Positions 1 through 12,351 of a DNA stretch of 64,000 nucleotides are shown here, piece by piece. The stretch's first letter is position 1. Every line of letters starts with the position of its first letter. The position numbers and the translations under genes are program-made. The notes under the pieces are model-generated. The model saw nothing but the letters and a program-made list of their open reading frames with translations, did not search any database and was not told the DNA's origin. This stretch comes from Heteronotia binoei (lineage: Eukaryota). The stretch is from the NCBI RefSeq assembly GCF_032191835.1, contig NC_083230.1:75950001-76014000 (forward strand), written 5' to 3'.

Positions 1-101
1 AAAACAACCTGGAGAGTTAAGATCACACCATTTTTCTAAATGAGTCTCAGACTGCATTTAATGTAGGTATTATTGCTCTCTCAGGTTTCATGACCTGCTT
101 C

Positions 102-307
102 CAGGGCTTTTTTTTTTTTGGTAGAAAAAGCCCAGCAGGAACTCATTTGCATACTAGGCAACACCCCCTAATCACACCATTGTTTTTCACAGGGCTTTTT
201 ATGTAGAAAAAGCCAGGCAGGAACTCATTTGCATATTAGGCCACATCCCCTGACAATGAGCCGGCCAGAATTGCTTTCCTGTGCATTCCTATTCAAAAAA
301 AGCCCTG
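102..307. mobile_element. hAT-type MITE (CAGGGCTTTTT...AAAAAGCCCTG termini), left end internally duplicated
   Basis: TIRs at 102 and 307; 8-bp TSD CCTGCTTC/CCTACTTC (1 mismatch); second left end starts at 190. Confidence 0.8.
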
Positions 308-351
308 CCTACTTCTCTCTTCTTTTGGAAAGGCTCAAAGATACTGTAGAA

Positions 352-922
352 CAGGGGTGTTGAACTCATTTGTTATGAGGGCTGGATCCAACATAAATGT
401 GACCTTGTTGGGCCAGCCCATTAGCATCATAAACTGTAATGCCAGCAGAGATATAAACTTTATAAAGGACACAGACAAATACAATTAAAGAGTTAAAAAA
501 CTTAAAATAAAACATGCTTAAAACATTAGCACTTGTTGGTCTTAAAGGTGCCTTCTCTGTATCTTTCTCATGGGATCTAGGGAACTGGGCAAAGGAAGCT
601 CCGGCTCTTTCCATCTTTCCCCAGGGGACTGGGGGGAGGGGCCCCTCAGCCAATAGAAGGAAGAGAGGCTTGGCTCAGTAGTTCTGCTATGTGATTGAGA
701 GAGCCTGACAAAGCAAGCTCTGCCTCCCCCGCTTCCTCCCCAAAGCAGGAGCCTCAGCCAATGGAGAAAATAGAGGCTTTGCTCTGTAGCTCCTGTGTGA
801 TTGAGCAAGCCTTGCAAAGCAAGCTGTTATGCAGAGAGAAACAAGAGAGAGGGAGAAGGAAGCAGATGACAGCCAATTGCTTGGGGGCCTGACTTGGCCC
901 CTGCACCGCCTGTTTGACACCC
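352..922. mobile_element. hAT (Charlie/Buster-like) non-autonomous DNA transposon
   Basis: CAGGGGTG...CACCC(CTG) termini; TSD CTGTAGAA/CTATAGAA with central TA; reverse-complement copy at 48752-49358. Confidence 0.8.
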
Positions 923-965
923 CTATAGAATTTGAAGCAAGCAAGGTTCAAGATTGCAAGCCTGT

Positions 966-1250
966 GAAGAAGAAGAAGGAGGAGGAGATGATATTGGATT
1001 TATATCCCACCATCCCCTCTGAATCTCAGAGCAGCTCTCAATCTTCTTTACCTTCCTCCCTCACAACACCCTGTGAGGTAGGTGGGGCTGAGAGAGCTCT
1101 TATAGCAGATACCCTTTCAAGGACAACTCCTACGAGAGCTATGGCTGACCCAAGGCCATTGCAGCAGGTGTAAGTGGAGGAGTGGGGAATCAAACCCATT
1201 TCTCCCAGATAAGAGTTCGTGCTCTTAACCACTACACCAAACTGGCTCTC
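966..1250 (-). mobile_element. tRNA-derived SINE (Squam3-like)
   Basis: Minus strand carries A box TGGTGTAGTGG, B box GGTTTGATTCC and a (TTC)n tail; homologous to 44834-45560 and 49480-49757. Confidence 0.8.
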
Positions 1251-1668
1251 CATGACATACACTTTCAGTTCTCTGCTAGGGAACGTCTGTGGGCTCATAG
1301 CTCTCCTTTTCCATGTGTGAGTATGGCCTTCTCTGCTACTGAAGGCTCCAAGCAATCCATCTTCCTTCACTCTGAAGCATGTGTGCAATTCAATAGTGGC
1401 TGGCATTAATTAAACAAACTTCTTCCAAGTAGCCAAAGATAACTGTAACCAACAAATTCAGAGCTTCTAGGCCGTGTTATTATTAACACATCACAATCCA
1501 ACACTAACATTAGGTCATTTCTGAGAAGGAGAAAGATATGTCAGAATGTAAGAATCCTTAACTTCCCTAATCTTTTGAAAATCCAAAGTACAAAACGGTT
1601 TGCTCTACCATTATGTAACATGCACACTTTTAAAAACTGGCTGATTCCCCCCTCCTCTTAATACTATA

Positions 1669-1806
1669 GGCACTTTTACATGTGCTAAATAATACACTTT
1701 CAGTGCACTTTCCAACTGGATTTTGCCAGTTCACACAGTAAAATCCAGTTGCAAAGTACATTGAAAGTGGATTGAAAGTGCATTATTTAGGGTGTGTGGA
1801 AGCACC
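1669..1806. mobile_element. Palindromic Harbinger-like MITE
   Basis: Imperfect inverted arms (ctaaataatacactttca / tgaaagtgcattatttag); related sequence at about 22540-22680 and 29732-29843. Confidence 0.6.
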
Positions 1807-1839
1807 CTATAACCCAGTCGTAATTAAATCAGTCTTAAC

Positions 1840-3360
1840 TAGGGTTGCCAAGTCCAATTCAAGAAATATCTGGGGACTTTGGGGGGTGGAGCCAGGAACA
1901 AGGGTGTGACAAGCATAATTGAACTCCAAGGGAGTTCTGGCCATCACATTTAAAGGGACCGCACACCTTTTTAAATGTCTTCCTTCCATAGTGTCCCGCC
2001 CAGCCCGGGCGGGGACTGCGTGGAGACCCCCTGGCACCTGCCAGCCGTTCCAAGCCCTCGTCGTCGCCCCAAGAGCCTTCCCCACCTCTCCAAGCCCCCG
2101 TGGTGGCCCCACCCCTCACCTCGACTGACAGGGCGCCAGCAGCCACCCGAGCGACGCCTCCCAGACGATGAGCCCAGCTCCGAGTCTGCGAAGTCTGGCC
2201 AGGGCAAGACGCCGGGGAGCAAGAGGGAGAAGCTGAGCCCAGCACCGGGCCAGGAGGAGGAGAGCCGTTCGTCTCGTCGCAGCGTGAGACGCCCCATCGC
2301 AGCACGCAGCCGAGGGCTAGGACGCCCGAGGCCTCTCCCGGGCGTCTGGGGCTTTGAAGGGGGGAGGAGCCAGAGAGGGGCAGGACCCGGGAAGGGGAAA
2401 GGTTGGGTCGGGAAGCATAAAAGGAGGGAGGGAGGAGGTCGCTGAGGAAGCTGGCTGATGCTCAAAGAGGCTGCCTCGCGCGAGAGAGGGACAGGAGCCG
2501 CAGCACAGCCAGGAGGGGAACGGGGGCCTGCGGTGAAGTAACCCAGCACCCACCCCCCTGTTTCTGAGACCTCCGGGGAACGCCCCAGAGTGCCCGGGAG
2601 GGGCAACGGCGACGCCGGGAGACCAGGAGGGGTACCGAAGACCCGACACATAGGAAATAATGAAGGATAGGGGCACCTTCTTTTGGGGCTCATAGAATTG
2701 GATCCCATGGTCCAATCGTTTTGAAACTTGGGGGATACTTTGGGGAGAGTCACTAGATACTATACAGAAAATTTGGTGCCTCTACCTCAAAAAACAGCAC
2801 CCCCAGAGCCCCCAAAACCTCCAGATCAATTCCCCATTATACCCTATGAGAATCGATCTCCACATAGAGAATAATGAAGTACTCAGCAGACTCCCCCCCA
2901 CCCCCATTTCTGGCAACACTGAAGGGGGATTGGCCTCTCTCCTCACGAGTTGCTGCCAACTTCTTCACAGACACCCCATCCCAAGAGGAAGCCTTTCAAT
3001 CAGCGACTGACGCCTCCGGAGGTAGAAATGCACATGGTCCTTTGGGGGTGGAGCTCCCTCCCCCTCCGCTGGCCAGACTCCCCGAGGAGATGCCTGTGGC
3101 AGCTGGAGAGGATGCAAGGACTACGAGTCCCAGCATGCACCTCGTGAAGGGAGGCCGGACTGGAGTGAATAGCAAGTCTTTGTGACCCGGAGGAAGGGAG
3201 AAGCCTAAAGCCTGCGAGGGAGGGAGGCAGGCAGGGAAAGAGACACCACGCCATTTCCCCACTCCCACCCCCACCCCCCCGCTTCCACATTTTTGGAGAG
3301 CAGGGGAGGAGGCTGCTAATCCAGGGGTCCCCCGCCAGGGCGGGGGGGTTGGGAAGCCTA
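1840..3360. mobile_element. hAT (Blackjack/Tip100-like, TAGGGTTGCC termini) non-autonomous element carrying a solo LTR
   Basis: Perfect 8-bp TSD GTCTTAAC (1832-1839 / 3361-3368); body homologous to 17899-18573, 32528-33039 and 46971-47437. Confidence 0.9.
1992..2648 (+). mobile_element. CpG-rich solo LTR (657 bp)
   Basis: TGTC...GACA ends; 5-bp TSD CATAG (1987-1991 / 2649-2653); empty-site sequence ccttccataggaaataatg seen in the sister MITE at 46971; TATA-like CATAAAA near 2416. Confidence 0.85.
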
Positions 3361-3551
3361 GTCTTAACAAAATGAAAAAATAACATTAATTTCCAAAGAA
3401 ACACATGAATCTTCAGCAGCTTGTCTTTAAAAAATGATATTCAACATCTGGATTCTTAGGGACCACTCTACTGCTTAGATTTTTCAGTCCAGAGACCTAA
3501 AATGTACTTTGACACACAAACAAATATCCTCATAAGGTGTCAGGCTTCAGT

Positions 3552-3763
3552 TAGGGTTGCCAACTGTGGTTTGTGTAATTCCTAGAGTTGTGGGGGGCAG
3601 TAACTGGAAAGGCTGGAGCTTGTGGAGGAGTGGGAGCTCAGGGGTGAGGTGATGTCATGGAGTCTGCCTTCTGAAGCTGCCATTTCTTCCAGATCTCTGC
3701 AGAATTGAGATTAGTTATAATTCTGGGAAAACTTAAGGCCCCACCCAGTGACTGGCAGCTCTT
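3552..3763. mobile_element. Degenerate short hAT (TAGGGTTGCC) MITE
   Basis: TAGGGTTGCCAAC start and degenerate TGGCAGCTCT end. Confidence 0.55.
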
Positions 3764-4219
3764 GGCTCCATAGTAAAGCACCATGCTTTAATATACCAGC
3801 AAGAACTTAATAATTATGGGACATTACATACCAGAAGTAACACTCCATAGAAAATACCTCCATTGCAGCAGTAAAATATTCTTTTTTCTCTTCCTGATAT
3901 GTGCAAGTGAGAGCAAGCATTTTACTGCACCCTGATTAAAGTCTGGTAGGGATGTCAGGGTCTTGATGAAATTGCTTCAGTCTATAGGCTACCAGTTGGC
4001 TATCACTGTCCTAGGCATCAGATGTGGCTGATTTTTCTTCCCCTCCAAAAAAAGCCTCCAAACAAATAAAGACACACACACAATGACCTTTAAACAAGTC
4101 AAGAATAATCTGTCCTGAGAATTCAAATATCTGGCATTTGATGCTCAGCAGTGAACACTATCTTTTCCAAATACGTTACTAACTTCTAAAAGAGGGAAGT
4201 GGAAATTATATACATAAAG

Positions 4220-4363
4220 TGTTGTGTCTGGCGTTCGTCCCAGAAAGTATGGCACAGTGCACCTGTGAGCGGTACCTGAAAGGGATGAACGCAGCCCATC
4301 TATGACGATCTGTGGCGGGAAGCTTAACTGGCCAGGATTGGACCTGACCAGGAAGAAGGTTGT
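4220..4363 (+). repeat. Truncated 5' LTR of the Gypsy element
   Basis: Aligns to 8358-8489 (about 14 mismatches plus a 12-bp indel, manual count), then stops matching before TATA, polyA signal and PBS. Confidence 0.9.
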
Positions 4364-4402
4364 CCCTGCGATCCGAGCTCTAGTGCTTTCGTGGCCGAGG
4401 TC

Positions 4403-5260
4403 ATGGCTACTGCTCCCGGACAAACCCTACCGGCATTCGACGTCACCCAGCCCGACTTATGGGAATCATGGGTGGACCAGATCAACTACTACACAGAGCT
4501 GCACAAAATGGAGGCAGTGGGAGAGAAGAAGGCGCTTCTCCTGAGTTTGTGCGGGGTGGAGACCATCCAGCTGATGAAGCGACTCATCACGCCGACCACC
4601 CTCGCAAGGGCAACCTACGACCAGCTGGTCAAGGCAATGATGAACCACATGGCGCCACAGCCATCCCATCTCACACGCAGGTACGTGTTCTACATGAGAC
4701 AGCAGAGACAAGCTGAGTCCGCTGCCGAGTATCTTGCAGAGCTCCATGGTATCTTGCAGAGCTCTGAGATGTGATTTCACGGGGGACCTGGAAGAGATCC
4801 TGCTGGACCATTTCGCGGTTGGTGTCCGGGAGGAGAAAATGTGCCGAAAGTTGCTAGCAAACGAGGACAAAGACATCGACCTCACGAAAGCACTCCGACA
4901 GGCAACCGCCTTCGAACAAATGCACACCAGCTGCCGCTGCCTCGATCTCGGATGGCTTTGACGAGGAAGGGGCACATCAGCTTCGCCGCAAGCCAAGCAG
5001 CAGGCTGAAAACACCAAACCGACCATAGGCAGCGGAGAAGCTGAGCACCAAGTGCGCCAGCTGTGGGGACCCATGTGAGCACCGAGACTGCCCCTACCAT
5101 AACGTGGACTGCAGAAGCTGCGAAAAAGTGGGCCACATCGCCCAAGCTTGCAGGGCCAGACCCAACAGGAGGCCCCAGTCCACACATCACGACTCGACAG
5201 AGGCACACACGACGGCTGAAAACAGCATCCAGGTAATGAATTTGCCCCAGGACACCCCTG
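4403..5260 (+). pseudogene. Gypsy gag pseudogene with double zinc knuckle
   Basis: MATAPGQTLPAFD... capsid-like region, stop at 4772-4774, frameshifts; knuckles CASCGDPCEHRDC and CRSCEKVGHIAQAC. Confidence 0.85.
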
Positions 5261-8050
5261 ACAAGGTCAAAGTGCAGGTCTTGATTGAGGGGGGGGGGTT
5301 TCCCTGCCTGATGGAATTGGACACGGAATTCTCCATCTCCATTATTTCAGAGGAGACCCTCAGTAAACTCTGCCCCCACAACTGGTCAGCCCTGCGGCCC
5401 GTGGAGTTCATATTGCAGGACTTTCAAAAGAATCCAGTGCAGATCATGCGGTGGGCCAGAGTTCGGGTGGAGTTCAAAAATTTTAAAAGGGCCCTAGACA
5501 TTCTTGTGGTGAAGCGCCGGCTCACAACCCTATTGGGATTGGCTTAGCTTAAGCCCCTGGGCATGAAAATTGTAGGGATGAACCACATACAGGCCCACAA
5601 TTTTGACCAAGTGTGCCAGGAGTTCCTGGAAGTATTTGATGGGGCTCTGGGAACGTACAAGGGGCCATCTATCGCATTGCAGTTGGACCCTACGGTTAGG
5701 CCCTTAAGGCTGAAGGCTCGGCAGTTTCCGTTTGCACTTAAGCCAAAAATCGAAGCCGAATTGGACTGCCTCGTGGCCCAGGGAGTGCTACAGCCCATCT
5801 CCCATGTCACTTGGGAAAACCCAATAGTCACCCCAGTCAAACCGAACGGGGACGTGTGCATCTGTGCAGACTACATATGCACAATTAATAAAGCACTACA
5901 GGACCACCCATACCCTGTCCCGGTGGTCAGCCATGTCCTCGCCTCCCTGGCCGGTTCCAAGATTTTTGGGAAGTTGGATTTGGCCCAAGCATACCAACAG
6001 CTTCCGGTGGATGAGCAAACAGCTGAGCAAACAGACCATTGTTACACACCGGGAGGCTTTCAAGGTGCAGAGGCTACAATTTGGGGTCAGCATGGCTCCA
6101 GGAATTTTCCAAAGCTTAATGGACTCTCTCCTTAAAGGGATTCCCGGAGTACAACCCTTTTTCAATGACGTTTTGATAGCGGCACCAGATGCCGACGAGT
6201 TCTGCCGCCGCCTTCGAGAGGTGCTCCGCTGCTTCCAGAATGCGGGTCTCAAGGTGAAGCGGGAGAAGTGCTCACTTGGGGTGCCAAGGGTGGAGTTCCT
6301 GGGGTTTGTGGTGGACGCCGTAAGAATCCATTGGCCGACAAGACCAGGGTGATAGTACAGGCCCCGACCCCCACTTGCAGGGAGAAGCTACAAAGTTTTT
6401 TTGGGCCCCTGAACTTTTACCACACATTCTTGCCCCACGAAGCAGCCCTGGTCGAACCCTTACACAGATTCCTAGATAAGGGCGCCCCATGGTCTGGGGA
6501 AAAAAGACGGCTGCGGCCTTCCAGGCAGTCAAGGACATCTTGGTTTCAAATGAGGTTCTCCACCATTTTGACAAGTCCCTCCCCGTGATTTTAGCATGTG
6601 ATACTTCCCCTTACGGAGTGGGCGCCAGATGGGAGAGAGGTCCCCGTGGCCTATTACTCTTGCACTTTGACCCAGGGTGAGCACCCAGATAGATAAGGAG
6701 GCATTGGCAATCGCAGTGGGCATATACAAATTCAACAACTACCAATATGGTAGGTACTTCACGATTGCCACAGACCACAAGTCATTGCTCGGCCTACTCA
6801 CCCCAGACTGCCAGACACCACAGATCCTGTCGCAGCAGGTCCTGCAGTGGAACAAGTTCCTCAATTCATACACCAACAAGCTCGTCTACCGCCCCGGCAA
6901 GGCAATGGGCCACGCAGACACCCTCAGCCACCTTCTGCTGCCCCAGATGGACCCAGATCTGGCCTTGGCCCACCACATGATGCTCCTGGAGTCTTTGCCG
7001 GAGCAGCCCCTCCACGCAGTGGAGGTAGCCATGTCCACAGGCCGAGACCGCATCCTTGCACGCATTTCAGACTGGGTGGGGAGGGGTTGGCCCATGGGCA
7101 AATTGGACGCTGCATTCAGACCATTTGTTTCCTGCCGGGAATAACTTTCCTTACACAAAGGGTGTATTTTTGGGGGCAGCAGAGTGGTGGTTCCTCCCCC
7201 ACTCTGGAAGCAAGTGCTTGAAGCCTTGCATGAGACACACCCAGGGATATTGCGTATGAAAGCTCTGGCGTGGAGCTATGTATGGTGGCTGGGGATGGAT
7301 GAAGAGATTGAGGGGTGGGTTAGGAAGTGCCTGCCTGCCAAGAGTCCCAGCCGAATCTGCCCAGAACCCCCGTTCACCGCTGGGAATCCAATCGGGTACC
7401 ATGGTCCCGGCTACACTTAGACTTTGTGGGGCCATACCAGGGGCAAATATTCTTTATCTTGGTGGATGCTTACACAAAGAGGCTGGAGGTAATCCCAGTC
7501 ACTTCCACCTCCACCGCAGCCACAGTCAGAGCCTTACGGAGGGTTTTTTGCACCCATAGAATCCCCGACACTGTAGTGATGGACAACGGCATCACGTTTA
7601 CCTCCCAGGAGTTCCAGGAATTCCTGAATAGATACCTCATCCGCCACATACGGTCCACTCCCTTTCAACTGGCCACTAACAGCCAAGCGGAGCACATGGT
7701 TTGCACAACCAAGGAGGCCCTGGGTCACATAGTCCAAGGGAATTGGGACCACCGACTGTCCGCCTTCCTGTTTAGGAACAGGATCAACTCCAACCCCTAT
7801 GGACGTAAGCCCTGCCGAGTTATTCATGGGCAGGCAGTTAACCACCTGGCTAGATAGGTTACACCCCAACCGGGCCCCAAACCTTTGCAGCTCTCTCGAG
7901 ACCAGGGAGGCCACGAGGGGGTTCTTTCCAGGGGATCCAGTCTATGCCAAGAACTTTGCGAGCAGGCTGTGGATGCCATTTTGGGTGCTGCGGCTCACCA
8001 GGTTCCGCTCTTACGAGGTCTCGTTGGAAGGTGAGCAGCTCCTCCGCAGA
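5260..8050 (+). pseudogene. Gypsy pol pseudogene (protease, RT, RNase H, integrase)
   Basis: LDTEFS (DTG mutated); LDLAQAYQQL; FFNDVLI (YxDD mutated); LACDTSPYGVGA; HETHPG...C HHCC; LHLDFVGP/MDNG/QAE DDE; multiple frameshifts. Confidence 0.9.
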
Positions 8051-8357
8051 CACATAGACCATAGAGGAACCGGCAGGGCCAAGGGGAGTGGGGAACGGGG
8101 AGAGCACAGGGCCGCCGCAAGAAGCAACCCAGCTGAGCTCGCCGGGGTTGCTGGTGGAGGAGCCTTACAGGGCAGGGGAGATACCTCCGGAGGATCGAGA
8201 CAATGTTCTGCCAACCGCGGCCAAAAGCGGGGAACCAGCTGTTACAGAATCTCAGGCAGCAGGCCCAGCTCCCCAGATCAAACCTTGGTGGTCATTCAGA
8301 GAGTGGCGGTGGCCCGCTCATTTGAAAGACTATGTATCTTGAACTGGGGGGGAGGAG

Positions 8358-8598
8358 TGTTGTGTCTGGCGTTCGTCCTGGAAAGTACCTGTGGGCGGTG
8401 CCTGAAAGGGACAAACGCAGCCTGCCTGTGACGATCAGTGGTGGGAAGTTTAATTGGCCAGGATTGGACCTGACCAGGAAGAAGGTTGTTCCGGGAAATG
8501 TATATAACAGGGGACCCAGCCCTGCCATGTTGTCTTTGTGATGTACTCGTTAATAAAGTATGTTGCCATATGAACGTCTCCAACTTCAGTACATTACA
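8358..8598 (+). repeat. 3' LTR of the Gypsy element (241 bp)
   Basis: TGTTGTG start, TATATAA 8501-8507, AATAAA 8552-8557, ...ACATTACA end. Confidence 0.9.
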
Positions 8599-8674
8599 TA
8601 AAGCAAAGCAGCAAATTTTATGCTTGTCCAGTTTCAGCAGATGCTAACCATTCATCATCATGAACATGGTAATG

Positions 8675-8885
8675 CAGGGGTGGGGAACCTTTTTTCTGCC
8701 AAGGGCCATTTGAATATTTATAATGTCATTCGCGGGCCATACAAAATTATCAATTTAAAAAACAGTGCTCCGCCAAGGGAGAACGATTCAGGCTGACAAA
8801 ATTAATGCAAATAATTGTTTTTCTATTTGAAGTCTTGTGTGGAGAACCTAATTTGGCGTACTCCCCCTGGCCTGCCGCCCTAGGC
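8675..8885. mobile_element. hAT (Charlie-like) left-end fragment
   Basis: CAGGGGTGGGGAACCTTTTT...AAGGGCCA typical Charlie-group terminus; right boundary approximate. Confidence 0.55.
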
Positions 8886-8929
8886 AAATGCTAGAAAAAA
8901 GCTAGAAAATGCTAGAAAAAAGCTTTTTT

Positions 8930-9193
8930 TTGTAGAAAAAAGCTTTTTTTTTGTAGAAAAAGCTCAGCAGGAACTCATTAGCTTCTTAGACCACATCCCC
9001 TAATATTAATATATTAGGCCATACTATCTGGGATAATCAAGTGCAAACTGAACTGGTGGTAGCTGGCTCCCACCCTCCACCCCTGCCACCCCTTCCTCCC
9101 TCCCTTCATGCAGAAACTGCAGCTACTCCCAGCAGACCTTTAAAGGCACCCACATACCCCAGCAGCAGTCCTTCACAATGCCCACCACTCAGG
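8930..9193. mobile_element. hAT MITE family (CAGGGCTTTTT type), long left-end fragment
   Basis: Colinear with 34697-34973. Confidence 0.65.
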
Positions 9194-9306
9194 CTTACCA
9201 AGGGCCAGACCAAGTGATATCAAGGGGCCCTCGGGCCTGAAGTTTCCCACCCCTATGGTAATGCATAAATGGGTGAAGGTAGTTAATGTCCATTTGGTCA
9301 AAAAGG

Positions 9307-9383
9307 ACCTCTGCAGCTCCCCCAAGACCAGGGAGGCCAGAAGGGGGTTCTTTCTCAGGGATCCGGTCTATGCCAAGAACTTT
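9307..9383 (+). mobile_element. Orphan fragment of Gypsy integrase C-terminal region
   Basis: Similar to about 7882-7958 (ctgcagctc...gaccagggaggcca...gggggttcttt...gatcc.gtctatgccaagaactttg). Confidence 0.75.
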
Positions 9384-11069
9384 GTTTGGTACATCCATCA
9401 ACAGGTTGTTTGGTGCATCCATCAACAGCCATTTCACCACTCCTGTTTCAAAGAACTGTTTTAATTTCGATGCAGTACACAGTTTAAAGATGTTATACAA
9501 CAATGCAGCTAAATGGATTGAGAGTCCAGTCTGTTCTGTACAGAGTAAAATGAAAACAGCAACAAAGAAAATCCAAATTGTGCAACAATAACAAAAAGGA
9601 TCCATCTTTGTGGTTAGATTACACTGGTCAGAGAATGTCAACGGGTTGCATAATCTGCTGCTGGCAGGAGCTATACAGTTTGTGGTAGAATTTACCAGCA
9701 GTGTAAAGCACAAAGCAAAACAGAGTTGGACTTGCTGTGAGGGTTAAGAGGAGGTCTGTGCACCAAAGAAAAGGAATGGAAGCATTTAATCATCTGCTGA
9801 TGTTGCTATTCTTGCTTCAGTCATCCAAACAACCTGATGAAGTTCTGCAGGCTCTGAGAGAAATTTCTTGGCAGGTAGCAGCAGTGGATAGTTCAGTCAC
9901 TGGATAGTGAAATGGACAATTCTTTCTGTAGAATGTTCCTTCTGTGGCTAAAAGTCCTTCCTAAAGGTGTTTCTATTTGCAGAAATAAGAATAGGGCCCC
10001 ACGCTGTGTTTCCACTGCCCTTCTTAGATTAGAATCAGGGACAGTACTGCTTGAAGCACAAGGCTGGTACTGAGCCTTTGATTTAAATTAAATGTTAACC
10101 CTTCTGCATTAACTTACCATAATTAATTTGTTAAAGATCATTTCTGCTCAAGCTGGGTAATCATTGTGGAGAAACTATATTTCTATGGTTCCATGCCATC
10201 TTTAACAGCCAAGTATATAATTAAACAGTGTGATATAGCCCCTCATGTAAAAAAATCATGGTGTAGCCTTATCTGGTGGTAGGGAACCATGGTAAAGACT
10301 TTGCACCATTAAAACATTTCTTTTAGGATCCTGTAACTATGGAAGAGCCTTCTTCACCTTGGCCCACTTTAATGTTTTACCATCAGTTCTTTTGGAAGGA
10401 AGCTACTCATGTATCCCTTACCCTCAATATGCTCCTGCTAAATGGAAAAGGTGCAAACAGTCGATCATGTGTTATTGTATTGCCCTCTGTATAGGGACAT
10501 TGGAAAACATGGAGAATTGAGAGTTTCTAGCTAGAGTTAGTTTAAAAGCTGAGCCAGAAAGTTTTGCCCATGGAACTTCTGATTGCTTGGGGAAGTGAGG
10601 AGTTATTACCACTTCTAATCTTTACAAAGGAAGAAATGGATAGAAGGAGGATACCAATTTGTGAAAAGACAACAATGACAAGAGCTTATTTTAGCCTTCT
10701 TTCACAAGTCTACTTTAAAAATGTTATTTTTATGTGATTCTGGCATGTTGGACTGTTTTTGTGAATACTTCCACGTGAGTGCAGATTGCAATTCAACCTG
10801 TCTTGGAAAATCTTTGGAAAATGGACTGAAGTAGAATGCGATGACTCATAGTTTGGATAGATGAGAAAGCTGGACAAGGTAGCTTAGAAATTTAACAATA
10901 GACAGAATGCAATAGTCCAAGAGCACATGATGAATAACTAACATCATAAGGAAAGTTCAGGAGAATAGGACCCTTTCTCTAGAGCTCTCATCACCAAAGT
11001 CCATTCCCTTCTTGTTTGTGTTCTACGTGTGCCTAACATGAGAAATACAGCCCTGTGTGGCATGACAGG

Positions 11070-11847
11070 GCTGAGAACCAGAGAGGATTGTGAGGAACTC
11101 CAAAGGGATCTGTTGAGGCTGGGTGAGTGGGCAGATGCGGTTCAATGTGGCCAAGTGCAAAGTAATGCACATTGGGGTCAAGAATCCCAGCTACAAATAC
11201 AAGTTGATGGGGTGTGAACTGGCAGAGACTGACCATGAGAGAGATCTTGGGGTCGTGGTAGATAATTCACTGAAAATGTCAGGACAGTGTGCGTTTGCAA
11301 TAAAAAAGGCCAACGCCATGCTGGGAATTATTAGGAAGGGAATTGAAAACAAATCAGCCAGTATCATAATGCCCCTGTATAAATCAATGGTGCGGTCTCA
11401 TTTGGAGTACTGTGTGCAGTTCTGGTCGCCGCACCTCAAAAAGGATATTATAACATTGGAGAAAGTTCAGAAAAGGGCAACTAGAATGATTAAAGGGCTG
11501 GAACACCTTCCCTATGAAGAAAGGTTGAAACGCTTAGGGCTCTTTAGCTTGGAGAAACGTCGACTGAGGGGTGACATGATAGAGGTTTACAAGATAATGC
11601 ATGGGATGGAGAAAGTAGAGAAAAAGTACTTTTCTCCCTTTCTCACAATACAAGAACTCGTGGGCATTCGATGAAATTGCTGAGCAGACAGGTTAAAATG
11701 GATAAAAGGAAGTACTTCTTCACCCAAAGGGTGATTAACATGTGGAATTCACTGCCACAGGAGGTGGTGGTGGCCACAAGCATAGCCACCTTCAAGAGGG
11801 GTTTAGATAAAAATATGGAGCACAGGTCCACCAGTGGCTATTAGCCA

Positions 11848-11883
<36 letters not shown>

Positions 11884-11970
11884 TTGGCCGCTGTGTGACA
11901 CAGAATGTTGGACTGGATGGGCCATTGGCCTGATCTAACATGGCTTCTCTTAGGTTCTTATGTTCTTATG
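11070..11970 (+). mobile_element. CR1 LINE 3' fragment (RT C-terminus and 3' UTR)
   Basis: [43 protein letters not shown] motifs; (TTCTTATG)n tail; (GT)16 at 11850-11881. Confidence 0.95.
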
Positions 11971-12351
11971 ACCTATCATCTGAGATATTTATTGATTAAA
12001 CTTTTAGACTGCCCTCCCAAGGCTGAGGGTGGTGAACAACATTAAAACACATTCATAAATTAATAAAACCAGTTCAAAACAGTGAAATAATATATAGTTA
12101 AAACATTACCAGAGGGTGTCGGGGCTTTTTCCCCTGGGGGAACACAGTGGAATGGAGTTCAAGAATCTCTTTGTGGAAACAAAATTCTCAAAAAAATGTT
12201 TAAATGTTCATGAGGGGCGTTTATGTTTCTCCTTCATTTCCCTCATGTTTCAGAAAAAAAGCCCTGGATGGAACTAAATGTTAGGGACTTTAGGAGTATC
12301 TAGGATCCTTTCCTAGGACTTCCATCCCACCTGGTTTGACAAGGGGGGAGG

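Larger units (their letters stand above)
4220..8598 (+). mobile_element. Ty3/Gypsy LTR retrotransposon (Mag/K02A2.6-like), defective
   Basis: TG...CA ends; TSD TAAAG (4215-4219 / 8599-8603); PPT GGGGGGGAGGAG before the 3' LTR; gag-PR-RT-RNaseH-IN order across several frames. Confidence 0.95.

Noticed and set aside
1807-2753. Several 100-260-aa ORFs in the GC-rich segment
   Set aside because: Stop-poor GC-rich LTR and MITE sequence; explained by the solo LTR with TSD
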